This document shows positions 19,716 to 32,543 of a stretch of 64,000 bases of DNA, piece after piece. Position 1 is the stretch's first letter. The number at the start of each line of letters is the position of its first letter. The DNA is from an uncultured Gemmatimonadaceae bacterium (lineage in GTDB: Bacteria > Gemmatimonadota > Gemmatimonadetes > Gemmatimonadales > Gemmatimonadaceae). The stretch spans positions 1,920,001-1,984,000 of the forward strand of contig OY970320.1 of the NCBI GenBank assembly GCA_963716745.1. The letters run 5' to 3'. Made by a program: the position numbers and the translations under genes. The notes under the pieces are model-generated. The model had not been told where the DNA came from. It did no database searches and worked only from the letters and a program-made list of their open reading frames with translations.

Positions 19716-20039
19716 GTGTACCCTGTCGCGGTGCTTACTCCTGTCTGGGATTGTCCCGAGTTCCGAGACCGCCATCTCGATTACACCGATGGCTCGCTCG
19801 CCGCGTCCGACACGGCCGCGGCGGAAGCGCATCTGGAACGGTGTGCCGACTGCGCGCGATTCGATGTGAGAGTCCGCCGCGCATTGCTCGTGATCCGAAA
19901 TGTCGCGCCGGCACCGGGATCGGCGGACCTCTTCGCCCGCATCATGGCGCGCGTCGCCCGCTCGCCCGCTGCGCACCGGCACCAGCCCGCGCCGCGCTAC
20001 GAGCGCCCACGCCTCGCCGCGGGAATGCCCGCGAGCTGA
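19716..20039 (+). CDS. zf-HC2 (ZAS) anti-sigma factor
   Basis: DC.EF...DY.DG...AEAHLERCADC (HxxxCxxC); follows the sigma gene; start uncertain. Confidence 0.8.
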   Translation: MYPVAVLTPVWDCPEFRDRHLDYTDGSLAASDTAAAEAHLERCADCARFDVRVRRALLVIRNVAPAPGSADLFARIMARVARSPAAHRHQPAPRYERPRLAAGMPAS

Positions 20040-20042
20040 CCG

Positions 20043-20624
20043 CTACTTCGCCGGCCCCGCTCCCGGCGCGAGGATCGCTCTGATCGCCGGCAGGTTCTTC
20101 TGAACGAACGAGATATTCTCGAGCATGGCCGGCGACAATCCGGCGGGTAGCGGCTTGCCCGACGCGATCATCTGCAGTCCTTGCATCGATTGCGTGATCG
20201 CCATACCGGTCACGATGAACTTCTGTGGAGTACTCCCGGTCGAGATGATCGTCGAGCGCAACTTCGGCTCTTTCTCCAGGCCCGAAACCACATCGTCCAG
20301 CGTGCCATTCTGCGGGCGTTGCCGGAGCGCGGTGAGCAACGCGGGATCGGCCTTCGTCACGCGATCGAACGCCGCCTGCGTTTTCCCGAACTGCTGAATG
20401 GCCGGCATGGTGAGTTTGAATTCCTTGAGCACGATCGCGGCAGAATCATCGGGAACCGGACCGAGGGGCAGGAGCGGCGCGGCTGGCGCGGCCGCCACGG
20501 GCGATGCGGCCGCAGCGGGCGCAGCGTCCGGCGTCTTCGTGGCCTTGCACGCGGTCGCGAGCATCGCGGCCAACAGGAACAGGAGCGAGCGACTCACGCG
20601 AAGACGCGGGCGAACTGTAAGCAC
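20043..20624 (-). CDS. Hypothetical lipoprotein
   Basis: Lipobox LATAC, Ala/Pro linker, helical domain; coding-like codon bias. Confidence 0.7.
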   Translation of the reverse strand: MLTVRPRLRVSRSLLFLLAAMLATACKATKTPDAAPAAAASPVAAAPAAPLLPLGPVPDDSAAIVLKEFKLTMPAIQQFGKTQAAFDRVTKADPALLTALRQRPQNGTLDDVVSGLEKEPKLRSTIISTGSTPQKFIVTGMAITQSMQGLQMIASGKPLPAGLSPAMLENISFVQKNLPAIRAILAPGAGPAK

Positions 20625-20734
20625 GGGATCCTCGAACAGCGGGGGTGGGATCGGCGCGCGCGAACGGCGCGCACGAGCGTGGCCTGAGTCTAGCCGCGCG
20701 CTGCGCCGGTCACAACCAGCGCTATATTCTCGGC

Positions 20735-21751
20735 ATGGCCGCCTCCGCCGAGCGCACTCTCCGGAAATCGATCCAGACACGCGCCTTCGAGCGCGCGTAC
20801 TACTTGTATGGCGAAGATGACTTCCTGAAGGACGATGCGCTGCGTCAGCTGATCGAAGCGGCGGTGGATCCCGCGACGCGCGACTTCAATCTCGATCTCC
20901 GCGACGGTGCGTCGCTTGACGCGGAGACGCTGGGTTCTCTCCTCGGCACGCCACCCATGATGGCGGAACGCCGCGTGGTGATCGTGCGGAACGCGCCGGC
21001 CCTTCGGAAGGATGCGCGCGCGGCGCTCGACCGCTTCTTCGCGCGTGAGACGCCGTCGGCCGATCTGTTGCTCGTCCTCGTCGCGCCGGCTGGTGAGCTC
21101 GCGGCGGCGGACAAGACACTCGCGAAGCGCATGACCGATGTCGAGTTCGAGCCGCTGTCCGGCGATCGCGTGGCGAAATGGATCGTGCACCATGCCGGAG
21201 AGCTCGGCGTTTCGCTCACCCCCGGCGCCGCCGAACTGCTGCAGCGCGCCGTGGGCAATGACCTGCCGTCGCTCGCCACCGAGCTCGACAAACTCGCGAG
21301 CTTCTCCAACGGTGCGCCGATCGACGAGGATGCTGTGACGGCGGTGGTGGGCGTTCGCCGCGGCGAGACCGTGGGCGACCTCATGGATCGCGTCGCCGCG
21401 CGCGATGCGGTCGGTGCGCTCGCGATCCTGCCGCACATCCTCACGCAGCCAAAGACCAGCGGCGTCACGATCGTGATGGGCCTGGCCACGCAAACGCTCG
21501 CGCTCGCGTGGGGTGGCGCGGTCAAAGGGCGCGCCGATTACTTTGGTCTGTTGAAGGAGAGCAAGGCGTATCCGGGCCGCTCGTGGAGCGATGCGGCGTC
21601 CGCGTGGCAGCGGGCGGCCGGCACGTGGTCCACCGCCCAGCTGGATGCGGCGCTCGAAGCCTTGCTTGCCGCCGATGCCTCGCTCAAGGACACGCGCGGC
21701 TCGACCGATGAACAACTGCTCACGACGCTGGTCCTCTCGCTCTGCGCGTAG
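20735..21751 (+). CDS. holA: DNA polymerase III delta subunit
   Basis: YYLYGEDDFL, DFNLD, TPPMMAERRVVIV, VGNDL..L.TELDKL, D..LK. Confidence 0.9.
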   Translation: MAASAERTLRKSIQTRAFERAYYLYGEDDFLKDDALRQLIEAAVDPATRDFNLDLRDGASLDAETLGSLLGTPPMMAERRVVIVRNAPALRKDARAALDRFFARETPSADLLLVLVAPAGELAAADKTLAKRMTDVEFEPLSGDRVAKWIVHHAGELGVSLTPGAAELLQRAVGNDLPSLATELDKLASFSNGAPIDEDAVTAVVGVRRGETVGDLMDRVAARDAVGALAILPHILTQPKTSGVTIVMGLATQTLALAWGGAVKGRADYFGLLKESKAYPGRSWSDAASAWQRAAGTWSTAQLDAALEALLAADASLKDTRGSTDEQLLTTLVLSLCA

Positions 21752-21779
21752 CGGAGCCGCCCCCTCTTCCTTCGCATCG

Positions 21780-22750
21780 ATGCTGACGAAACGTCTCCTG
21801 TTCGCCATCCCGCTCGTGATGCTGGCGCTGCACGCCGGCGCGCAAACGATCGACAGCGCGCTCACGACCGATACGGTCTTCCTGCGCGTGCAACGGCTCG
21901 CGGCGAACGGGCAGGGTGACGCCGCGCGCGCGCTGGCGCAGGAACAATTCGAAGCAGCGCCCACGGCATCGCCGCGCTTCGTAGAAGCGCTGTACTGGCG
22001 CGCGGTCGTCGCGTCCACGGCCGCCGATGCGGAGCGCGATCTCCGCACGATCATCGTGGACTATCCGCTGTCTCCGTGGAGCGTCGAGGCGCTGATGCGT
22101 CTCGCGCAGCTCGAGATGACGCGCCGGGACATGGACCAGGCGCTCGCGCATCTCAACCGGGTGATGGTGGAACATCCGAACAGTCCGTCGCGGCCGAAGG
22201 CGAGCTTCTGGATCGCGCGCGTGGAGTTCGAACAGGGCAAGCTGGCGGACGCCTGCCGCCAACTTGGCGACGCCGCGCGCTCGGCGCCGGTGAACGACGT
22301 CGAGCTGAAGAACCAGATCGAATACTGGGCGACGCGATGCGCTCCGGCGGACACTGCCTTCGCTGTGGACCCGCGGACTGACAGCGGCAAGTCGAATCCG
22401 AAGGCCGCAAGTGAGGCCTTCACCCCCGCTCCGGCAGCCGCGGCGCCAGCCGCCGCAACGACTGCCGTCGCCGCGCCGACGAAGCCGGCCGCCGCACCGG
22501 CGAAACCGGCCGCCGCACCGGCGCCCAAGCGGCAGTACACGGTGCAGGTGGGCGCGTATAACACGAAATCCGCGGCCGACGGGCTCGCGAAGACGCTGCA
22601 TGACCGCGGCTACGACGTGCGCGTGTACGGCACGAACGCGCCCTTCCGCGTGCGCGTCGGCCGGTACGACAAGCAATCGCAAGCCAACGCCGAGGCGGAC
22701 AAGCTGAACGCGAAGAAGATCGCGGCTTTCGTCACGGAGGCGGAGCCGCA

Positions 22751-22754
<4 letters not shown>
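21780..22754 (+). CDS. TPR + SPOR domain periplasmic protein
   Basis: Signal peptide, YfiO-like TPRs (DYPLS, EHPNS), PAA linker, YTVQVGAY...FRVRVG SPOR domain. Confidence 0.85.
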
Positions 22755-25344
<2,590 letters not shown>

Positions 25345-25348
<4 letters not shown>

Positions 25349-26466
25349 CTCCGGGTCAGCTCGCGGCCAGGAGATCTGGCGGCACGACGACCGCGCACTC
25401 GGCGCGCGCGATCATCTCCACGCAGCCAATCCGATTCCATGGGCAGCGACCGGCGCTCCTCGCGCTCGAGGCGGCCGAGGTGCTCGAGCGCGGTGCGCGC
25501 GGCCGTAACGCCGCCGGTGAAATCGCCGGCGGCGAGCATCACGGCGGCTGAGGCGCGACCGACGGCGACCGGGCACGCCGGGCGGCGCGCCGCCGCCTCA
25601 TCCAGCCACCGCTGAGCCGCCGCGGCGTCATCGTGGATCCGTGCCTCGAAATACGCGGCATCCGCAAGCAGCGCGCAGGCGGCACGGGCCGGCAACACTG
25701 CCCGAAGCGACAGCGCGCGATCCAGCAACGCCGCCGCGCGCTCATGCGCACATCCATCGAGTGCGCGGCGGAATGCGGCGGCGCACCCCAGCGCTTCGGC
25801 CTCGGTACCGTCGTGGAGCGCGATCGCGTCCGCCGTCCACCGGTCGGGCCACGAGCGCGGCCGCTGGCCGACGCGCTGCGCGCCGGCGATGCGGAGGAGT
25901 GCCAGGAACCGGTCCGCCGCGGCGCCGCCGCTCGCGAGCAGGAGCAATTGCGCGCCATCACTCGGTTCGCCGCGCACGCCGATGGGCAGCGCCGAGAGCG
26001 TGAAGCGCAGCAAGGATGCGATCGCGATGACCGGCGCGATGGAGATCGTCGCGATGCCGACGGCCAGACTCGCCGCAGGTCCGGCGGCCGCGACCAGCGC
26101 CCAGCGCGAATTCATTGGACGCTCGCCATGCGGCTCCACGAGCACGCCGCCGCGCAGTGCCGGCCACGTCATCACCGCGCGCAACGACAGCCCGCGCCGC
26201 GATGGCGCGAACACGAATGGGCCGATCGTCGCTTCGACGGTGCGGAAGCCGGCGGCGCGCGCCGCGATCCAATGGGCGGCGTCATGTGCGACGAGCGCGG
26301 CGACCGCGGCCGAAAGCACGAGGTCGAGCCAACCCGCGGCGCGCGACAACTCCGGCGGCACGCCCGGCGCGAGCAACGCCGCGTTCGCGATGATCGCGAG
26401 CGCCGCGAGCACGGTGATGGGGGCGAAGAGGACCGCGACGATGCGCCGCGAGACGGGACCCAGCAT
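25345..26466 (-). CDS. M50/S2P-like membrane protein with degenerate motifs and helical C-terminus (3' end likely frameshifted)
   Basis: HDAAH (for HExxH), AAAGP, LP...SDG. Confidence 0.6.
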
Positions 26467-26579
26467 ATGGACGATGCGATGCCGATTAGAGGGCGCTAAC
26501 ACCTGATACACGAGCTACGGGGCCCGTCGTCACCCTGGCATCGCGAGTGCAGGCAAGCGCCGCCGCCGCGGCGCCACGT

Positions 26580-27977
26580 TCACCGCGCCATCAGATACTC
26601 GAGCACGTCGCTCCGCGTCACGATCCCCTGGATGCCGGTCTCGCCGCGCACCAGTACCGCGGGATTCATCTTGGTGAGGAGTCGCACGACGCTGTCCACC
26701 GGCTGCGTGCCTTCCACCAGCGGGAAGGGTGCGTCCATCACTTCGCTCACCGACACGTCGAGCAGCTTCGGGTCCTCGAGCGCCCGGGCCGACACGCTGG
26801 CCTCGCTCATCGCGCCCACACAGTCGCGCCCATCGAGCACGGGCAGCTGCGAGATGTCGTGCAGCGCCATCAAGCGAAGCGCCTGCCGCACGCTCGCGCC
26901 CGGCGATGTGCTCACGATCACCGGCGCGTCGCCGCGCTTCTTCGCCAGCAGTTGGGCGATCGAGATGCGGTCGCCCTCGAGCATCTGGTTCTCGCGCATC
27001 CACTCGTCGCTGTAGAGCTTCGAGAGGTAGCGCTCACCGGTGTCGCAGAGGAACGTCACGATGAACGCCTTCGGATCATCGACCTCCGCGGCGACCTGCA
27101 GCGCGACGTGCGCGATCAGGCCGCTCGACCCTCCCACGAACAACCCTTCTTCGCGCGTCAGCCGGCGCGCCATCGCGAACGACTCGCGGTCGGTGACGGT
27201 GCGGTAGTCATCCACCAGCGACAGATCGAGCGTGCCCGGCAGCTTGTCCTGCCCGACGCCTTCGACTTTGTACGGCACGCCCTCGCCATGCGTCTTCCCC
27301 TGCGAGCGCCAGAGTTCGGCGAGGATCGAGCCCTGCGGATCGCCCGAGATCACGCGGATCTTCGGATTCTTCTTCTTGAGATAGCGCGCGACGCCGGTGA
27401 TGGTGCCGCCCGTTCCGGCGGCCGCGACGAGATGCGTGATCCGTCCTTCGGATTGCTCCCAGAGCTCCGGACCCGTGGTTTCCTCGTGCGCCTGTGGGTT
27501 CGCGTCGTTATAGAACTGATTCGCGAGGATCGCATTCGGTGTCTCCTCCGCGATGCGCTTGGCCACCATCACGTAGCTGTCCGGATGGTCGGGCGGCACC
27601 GCGGTGGGCGTGATGATCACTTCCGCGCCGAAGGCCTTGAGCAGACGCACTTTCTCCTGGGACATCTTGTCGGGCATCGTGAAGATGCACCGATAGCCCT
27701 TGAGCGCCGCGGCGATGGCGAGCCCGACCCCGGTATTGCCGCTCGTGCCCTCGACGATGGTGCCGCCGGGTTTGAGCGATCCGTCCTTCTCCGCGCGCTC
27801 GATGATCGGGAGCCCGATGCGGTCCTTCACACTGCCGCCGGGATTGAAGAATTCCGCCTTGCCGTATACCGGCGTGCGGAGCCCGCGGGTGACGCGGGTC
27901 AGGCGGATGAGCGGCGTCCAGCCGATGGTCTCGATGACGCTCGCATACGGCCGCCGGTTCCGCTCGACGCCACTCAT
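26580..27977 (-). CDS. Cystathionine beta-synthase / PLP cysteine synthase family with CBS domains
   Basis: NPGGSVKDRI, EGTSGNTG, GTGGT, EGVG; C-terminal CBS pair (ISQLPV, GIVTRSD). Confidence 0.92.
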   Translation of the reverse strand: MSGVERNRRPYASVIETIGWTPLIRLTRVTRGLRTPVYGKAEFFNPGGSVKDRIGLPIIERAEKDGSLKPGGTIVEGTSGNTGVGLAIAAALKGYRCIFTMPDKMSQEKVRLLKAFGAEVIITPTAVPPDHPDSYVMVAKRIAEETPNAILANQFYNDANPQAHEETTGPELWEQSEGRITHLVAAAGTGGTITGVARYLKKKNPKIRVISGDPQGSILAELWRSQGKTHGEGVPYKVEGVGQDKLPGTLDLSLVDDYRTVTDRESFAMARRLTREEGLFVGGSSGLIAHVALQVAAEVDDPKAFIVTFLCDTGERYLSKLYSDEWMRENQMLEGDRISIAQLLAKKRGDAPVIVSTSPGASVRQALRLMALHDISQLPVLDGRDCVGAMSEASVSARALEDPKLLDVSVSEVMDAPFPLVEGTQPVDSVVRLLTKMNPAVLVRGETGIQGIVTRSDVLEYLMAR

Positions 27978-28426
27978 GGTTTCGCGGGGGGCGTCGCCTT
28001 CTTCTGGAGGACGCTGTCGCCGGGCAGCGCGCCGACACCGGGGTGACGGAAGAACACCGGGAGCTGGAGCGCGACGCCGATCGGCTTCTTCTGGAACTTC
28101 GCCGGAATGAAATGCAGTTCGGGCGCACCGCGTACGGCCGCGGTGTCGAACTCCGGGTAGCCCGATGATTTCAGCACGAACGTCGAGTCGGGCCACACAG
28201 CGCCGGCGCTATCGATGTAGATGCGGAGCACGACGTTCGCCTGCACCTTCGATGCGTACAGCTTCTCGGGATAGCGGAACGGCAGCTCGGTGTTGAGCAG
28301 CACCGGCATTTCGTCCGGCTTCTGGCCGGCGGCAGTGAGCGCGTCCATCGCCTGCTTGGTCGTGTCGGCGGAGGGACAGGCGGCGGTGATCAACACGCCC
28401 GCGACGAGTGCGGTGAGATAGCGCAT
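27974..28426 (-). CDS. TonB C-terminal domain lipoprotein
   Basis: ITAAC lipobox, FRYP...V.LRIYID..G, SSGYPEFDTAA, FIPA. Confidence 0.8.
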   Translation of the reverse strand: MRYLTALVAGVLITAACPSADTTKQAMDALTAAGQKPDEMPVLLNTELPFRYPEKLYASKVQANVVLRIYIDSAGAVWPDSTFVLKSSGYPEFDTAAVRGAPELHFIPAKFQKKPIGVALQLPVFFRHPGVGALPGDSVLQKKATPPAKP

Positions 28427-28544
28427 GGTGAGTCTGAATATCACCTGGAGACGAACGGCCGGATAGAGGGCCGGCGGCCGCCGGCGCGCGAGGACGCCGT
28501 CCCCCTGTCCCCGCCTCGCCGCCGCCGCCATCTTGCCCTATCTC

Positions 28545-29582
28545 ATGCGTATCACACTCCTACTCGGCGGCGCCTCGGCGGAGCGCGATGTCTCGCTCGC
28601 ATCGGGGCTTCGCATCGCTCAAGCGCTACGCGAGCGGTCGCACGCCGTGACGCTCGTCGATCCCGCGAGCGGAGTGATCACGCCCAAGCAGGAAGCCGCG
28701 ATGCGGAGTGCCGGCGTGCTGCATCCGGCGCCGCCATCGCTCGAGTCGCTGCGCACCTTCCGCCAGGGCGCGCTGCTCCCATCGCTCGGGACGCTGGCCG
28801 AAGTGCGCGATGCGGAGGTCGTGTTCCTCGGACTGCATGGTGGCGAGGGAGAGGATGGCACGCTCCAGGCGATGCTCGACCTCGCCCGCATTCGGTACAC
28901 GGGCAGCGGACATCTCGGCAGCGCGATCGCGATGGACAAGGACCTCTCGAAGAAACTCTTTCGCGCGGCCGGTGTCGGAACTGCCGACTGGATGATGACT
29001 GGGCGGTATGCGGGCGCGCCGCCGGACGGCGCGTCCGTTACGAGAACGTTGGGCATGCCGGTGGTGGTGAAGCCGTCGAAGCAGGGGTCGACGGTGGGCC
29101 TGTCGGTGGTGAAGGATCCGTCGGGCCTCGACGCTGCGGTGGCCGAAGCCGCGCAGTATGATGATGAAGTGATGATCGAGAAGTTCGTGCCAGGCCGCGA
29201 ACTGACGGTGGCGATCCTGGGTTCGGAAGCGCTCCCCGTGGGAGAGATCATCCCGAAGCACGAGCTGTATGATTATGAATGCAAGTACACCGCCGGCATG
29301 GCGGTCGAGGAGTTCCCCGCGCGGTTGCCGGCGGCGATCGCGGCCGAAGCGCAACGTCAGGCGCTGGTGGCGTTCCGGGCGCTCAAGCTTGACGGCTACG
29401 CCCGCATCGACTTCCGTTTGACAGCGGGCGGCGAGCTCTTCTGTTTGGAGGCGAACACGTTGCCGGGAATGACGGAGTTCAGTCTGGTGCCGCAAGCCGC
29501 GGCGGCGGCGGGGATCGAGTTCGGCGCGCTGTGCGAACGGATCGTGCAGCTCGCGCTGTCGCAGTCACATCGGGAGGCATGA
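28545..29582 (+). CDS. ddl: D-alanine--D-alanine ligase
   Basis: GGASAERDVS, LHGGEGEDG, KPSKQGST, YDYECKY, LEANTLPGMT. Confidence 0.96.
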   Translation: MRITLLLGGASAERDVSLASGLRIAQALRERSHAVTLVDPASGVITPKQEAAMRSAGVLHPAPPSLESLRTFRQGALLPSLGTLAEVRDAEVVFLGLHGGEGEDGTLQAMLDLARIRYTGSGHLGSAIAMDKDLSKKLFRAAGVGTADWMMTGRYAGAPPDGASVTRTLGMPVVVKPSKQGSTVGLSVVKDPSGLDAAVAEAAQYDDEVMIEKFVPGRELTVAILGSEALPVGEIIPKHELYDYECKYTAGMAVEEFPARLPAAIAAEAQRQALVAFRALKLDGYARIDFRLTAGGELFCLEANTLPGMTEFSLVPQAAAAAGIEFGALCERIVQLALSQSHREA

Positions 29583-30241
29583 TGGCACGAAGCACCGGAC
29601 CGACGGCGGCGATCGCGGGGATCACACCCGGCGTCCAGGGGCAGGGCGTGTGGACCGGGCGGCGGCAGCTCTTCGTGCGCTTCGCCGGCGAGGCCGAGAC
29701 GGCGGTGCTCTACAACGGGGAGATGCTCGCGAAGCAGGTGGATCGCGCCGTCGGACATACCGCGCTTCATTCGATCGCGCTCGCCGGGCGCGATCCACTG
29801 GGCAGTGGGCCGCTCATCGCCGATGCGTTCGCGCGGTGGAAATCCAGTCTCCCGGTGATGCTCGACTGTGACGGACAGCGTCCCGACGATCTGGCGCCGG
29901 TGCTGGGGTCGCTCGCGATGGTGCAGGTGACATTCGAATTCGGCGATGCGCCGGCGGTCGCCGAGCGCGCGCTCACGTCGCTGCGTCACGCGGCCGCCGC
30001 GAAGGTGGGGCATGCGCTGGTGCTCGCGCCGCGCGATGCGACGAGCGACGGGCAGATCCTGCGGCTGGTGGAGCAGGCCCACGGCGCGGTGCCGGGCATG
30101 CAGATCGTGCTCCATCCCGCGCCGTCGGGTGACAAACCGCCGCTCGATCGCCGCTATGCCACGCTCATGGACCAGGCGATGGCGATCCATCGCGATATCA
30201 CGTTCACGATGCGCGTGCCCGGGCCCGTCGGGGTGCGGTAG
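29579..30241 (+). CDS. QueE-like protein lacking the radical-SAM CxxxCxxC motif
   Basis: GVQGQGVWTGRRQLFVRFAG matches QueE SIQGEG..G....FVRF.GC; AGRDPL replaces TGGEPL; only one Cys in the protein. Confidence 0.7.
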   Translation: MMARSTGPTAAIAGITPGVQGQGVWTGRRQLFVRFAGEAETAVLYNGEMLAKQVDRAVGHTALHSIALAGRDPLGSGPLIADAFARWKSSLPVMLDCDGQRPDDLAPVLGSLAMVQVTFEFGDAPAVAERALTSLRHAAAAKVGHALVLAPRDATSDGQILRLVEQAHGAVPGMQIVLHPAPSGDKPPLDRRYATLMDQAMAIHRDITFTMRVPGPVGVR

Positions 30242-30253
30242 CGGAGCGCGACG

Positions 30254-31160
30254 ATGGACTTCACGAGCACTGAGGAGCGGCTGCCGCCGCCGATGACACC
30301 GGTCGTGCGGGCGATCATCGCGCTGAACGTTGCGGTGTTCTTCCTTCAGCTCGGATTGGTGGGCGACCCCGACATGTTCCGCGCGCTCGCGTGGCACAGC
30401 GGCGGTGAGCCGTGGACGATCATCACGTACAGCTTCGTGCACGGCGGCATTCTGGCACCTCGTGTCGAACCTCTGGCTGCTGTTCGTGTTCGGTCCGCGC
30501 GTGGAGCAGGCGTTCGGCGCGGCGCGATTCACCGCGTACTATCTCTGGTGCGCGGTGGGTGGCTGGCTCGCGCACGTGATCTTCGTGCCGCAGGGCGGTT
30601 ATCTCCTGGGAGCCTCGGCGGCGATCCTCGGCGTGTTGCTCGCGTATGCGATGCGCTGGCCCGACGATGAGGTCGCGATCTTCCCGTTCATGGTGACGGT
30701 GAAAGTGCGGTGGCTGGTCGCGTTCATGGCGGTGATCAACCTGCTCTTCGGCATCAGCACGGCGAACGGCGCGGCGGGGATCGCGTACTTCGCGCACCTG
30801 GGCGGACTCGTCGCCGGCTACATCTTCCTCTACGCTGCCGCGGCGCCCGGACTCGACCGCATGCGCCAGCGCGTGGCGAGCGTGCCCGATGAACCGGACG
30901 AACCGCCGCGCGCCATCCCCCGCTCGCCGACGCGCACGCGCGAGCGCGTCTCGGAGGCCGACGATGCGGTGGCGCGCAGCAACGCCGCGATCGCGCAGCC
31001 GCCGGCGCGTTCCGTGCCGCTCGCGACGCGCGTGGGCCGGCGCAAGACCGAAGAGCTAGATCTCGTGCTCGACAAGATCTCCCGTCTGGGCATCGACAGC
31101 CTGACGGCGGATGAGCGCTCGCTGCTCGTGGAAATGTCCAAGCAGCTGCGCGACCGCTGA
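30254..31160 (+). CDS. Rhomboid intramembrane serine protease with C-terminal helical extension, +1 frameshift near 30449
   Basis: PWTIITYSFVHGG then FWHLVSN; GASAA catalytic Ser; AHLGG catalytic His; C-terminal LDLVLDKISRLGIDSLT.DER..L. Confidence 0.88.
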
Positions 31161-31170
31161 CGATTCCGGG

Positions 31171-31263
31171 AAAGTAAGAGCCCCCCGGGGAGATCCCCGG
31201 GGGGCAGTGCCGCCACGCCGTTCCCGCGGCGGCAGTGACCGGCGCCAGAGCGCGTCGGCCGAT
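31171..31263 (-). ncRNA. Candidate orphan small RNA (three stem-loops ending in a terminator)
   Basis: Minus-strand TTACCG-N17-TATTAT promoter (31269-31297); hairpins at 31237-31260, 31208-31234 and 31180-31205, followed by TCTTACTTT. Confidence 0.5.
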
Positions 31264-31397
31264 ACCTGATAATACGGAAGTGCCGCGGCGCCGGTAAGGG
31301 GGTGAAGCGGAGGTGAGAACGGTCTAACGGCGACGACTGGACTTACGGCGCGCGTAACTCCAAGATGGCGCAACCTCTCCAAGGTGAAGTGGGTCCG

Positions 31398-32543
31398 ATG
31401 AGATGGCGATCCGCAAGCTCTCTCCTCATGGCATTGACGGCGTCCGCCTACGCTCAACAGTCGTCGTCGGCGATCCTGGAACGACCGCATCTCAAAGCGG
31501 GCGCGGACACGAACGATGCCGCGGCCTACTATTCGTACGGCACCATCACGATCGCCAAGGCGCCGGCGGTCGCGCGCTCCGCGTTCTACTGGGCGAGCCG
31601 GCTCGATCCCGAAATGGCGGATGCGTACTACGGTCATGCGATCGCGATCGTACTGGCGTTCCGCGATTCAGTGCATGAACGGCAGATGTCCGGCGGGAAC
31701 AGCGAAGCCGATCCCACTCGGGCCCAACGGATCGAGTTCGACTCCTTGATGCACATGGGGTTCGCGCGCGAGCCTTTCCTCGACCCGCGCTACAACTTGC
31801 TGCTCTTCCCCGCATGGGTGCGTCAGGCGTTACCCCGCAGCACCGACCCCGAACTTCGCGGCGATTATGCGTTCGCGATGCACGAATACACTCACGCCGT
31901 CGCGGAATGGGCGGCGGCGTTCAAGAAGGAGCCCCAGCGTCTCGATCTCCGCCTCAGTCGAGCGCGCGCCTTCTACTACATGCAGGCGTACGATAGCGCA
32001 TTCGCGGAGACCAAGTTCGTGGTCGACGCGATCGAAGCGAAGCAGCAGCAAGCGCTCGATCACGGAAAGTCGTACGAATCCAAGGCAATGTCCCTGTATG
32101 AAATGGGCGTGATTCGTGAAGCCCAGGGACGGATCAGCGATGCGCGCGAGCTCTATGGTCGTGCGCTCGTGGAGGACATTACCTGGTATATGGCGCACAT
32201 ACGACTTGCTGGACTGGCCGCCGCGTCGGGGGATAGCGCCACCGCGGTGAGCGAGTGGGCGTTGGCCGTCGCGATCAAGAATTCGGACCCCTCCATCTAC
32301 TATCGATCTGCTGTCATGCTCGCGGCGACGGGCAACGTGGACGAAGCGATGCAGCAGCTCCACTCGGCGATTTCAATGAATCCGGACTATGCACCTCCAT
32401 ACGAACTTCTGGGGCGATTGGAAGAGCTTCGCGGACGCACCGAAGATGCGCAGCATGCGTATCTCGAATACCTCAGCCGGGCCTCGCGCGACGCGCCGGC
32501 GCGCGCATCGGTCGAGCAGCGGCTGCGCTCGAGATCACCGTGA
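31398..32543 (+). CDS. Secreted TPR-repeat protein (paralog 1)
   Basis: Signal peptide; multiple TPR-type repeats (A...P.....Y..LG). Confidence 0.82.
   Translation: MRWRSASSLLMALTASAYAQQSSSAILERPHLKAGADTNDAAAYYSYGTITIAKAPAVARSAFYWASRLDPEMADAYYGHAIAIVLAFRDSVHERQMSGGNSEADPTRAQRIEFDSLMHMGFAREPFLDPRYNLLLFPAWVRQALPRSTDPELRGDYAFAMHEYTHAVAEWAAAFKKEPQRLDLRLSRARAFYYMQAYDSAFAETKFVVDAIEAKQQQALDHGKSYESKAMSLYEMGVIREAQGRISDARELYGRALVEDITWYMAHIRLAGLAAASGDSATAVSEWALAVAIKNSDPSIYYRSAVMLAATGNVDEAMQQLHSAISMNPDYAPPYELLGRLEELRGRTEDAQHAYLEYLSRASRDAPARASVEQRLRSRSP

Noticed and set aside
19660..19720. GGAAC motifs between the sigma and anti-sigma genes as an ECF promoter
   Set aside because: Spacing to a plausible -10 element is unconvincing; too weak to call.
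22420..22530. GCC/CCG-rich repeats in the SPOR gene (also in the yidC linker)
   Set aside because: They encode Pro/Ala linkers; not a CRISPR or DNA repeat element.
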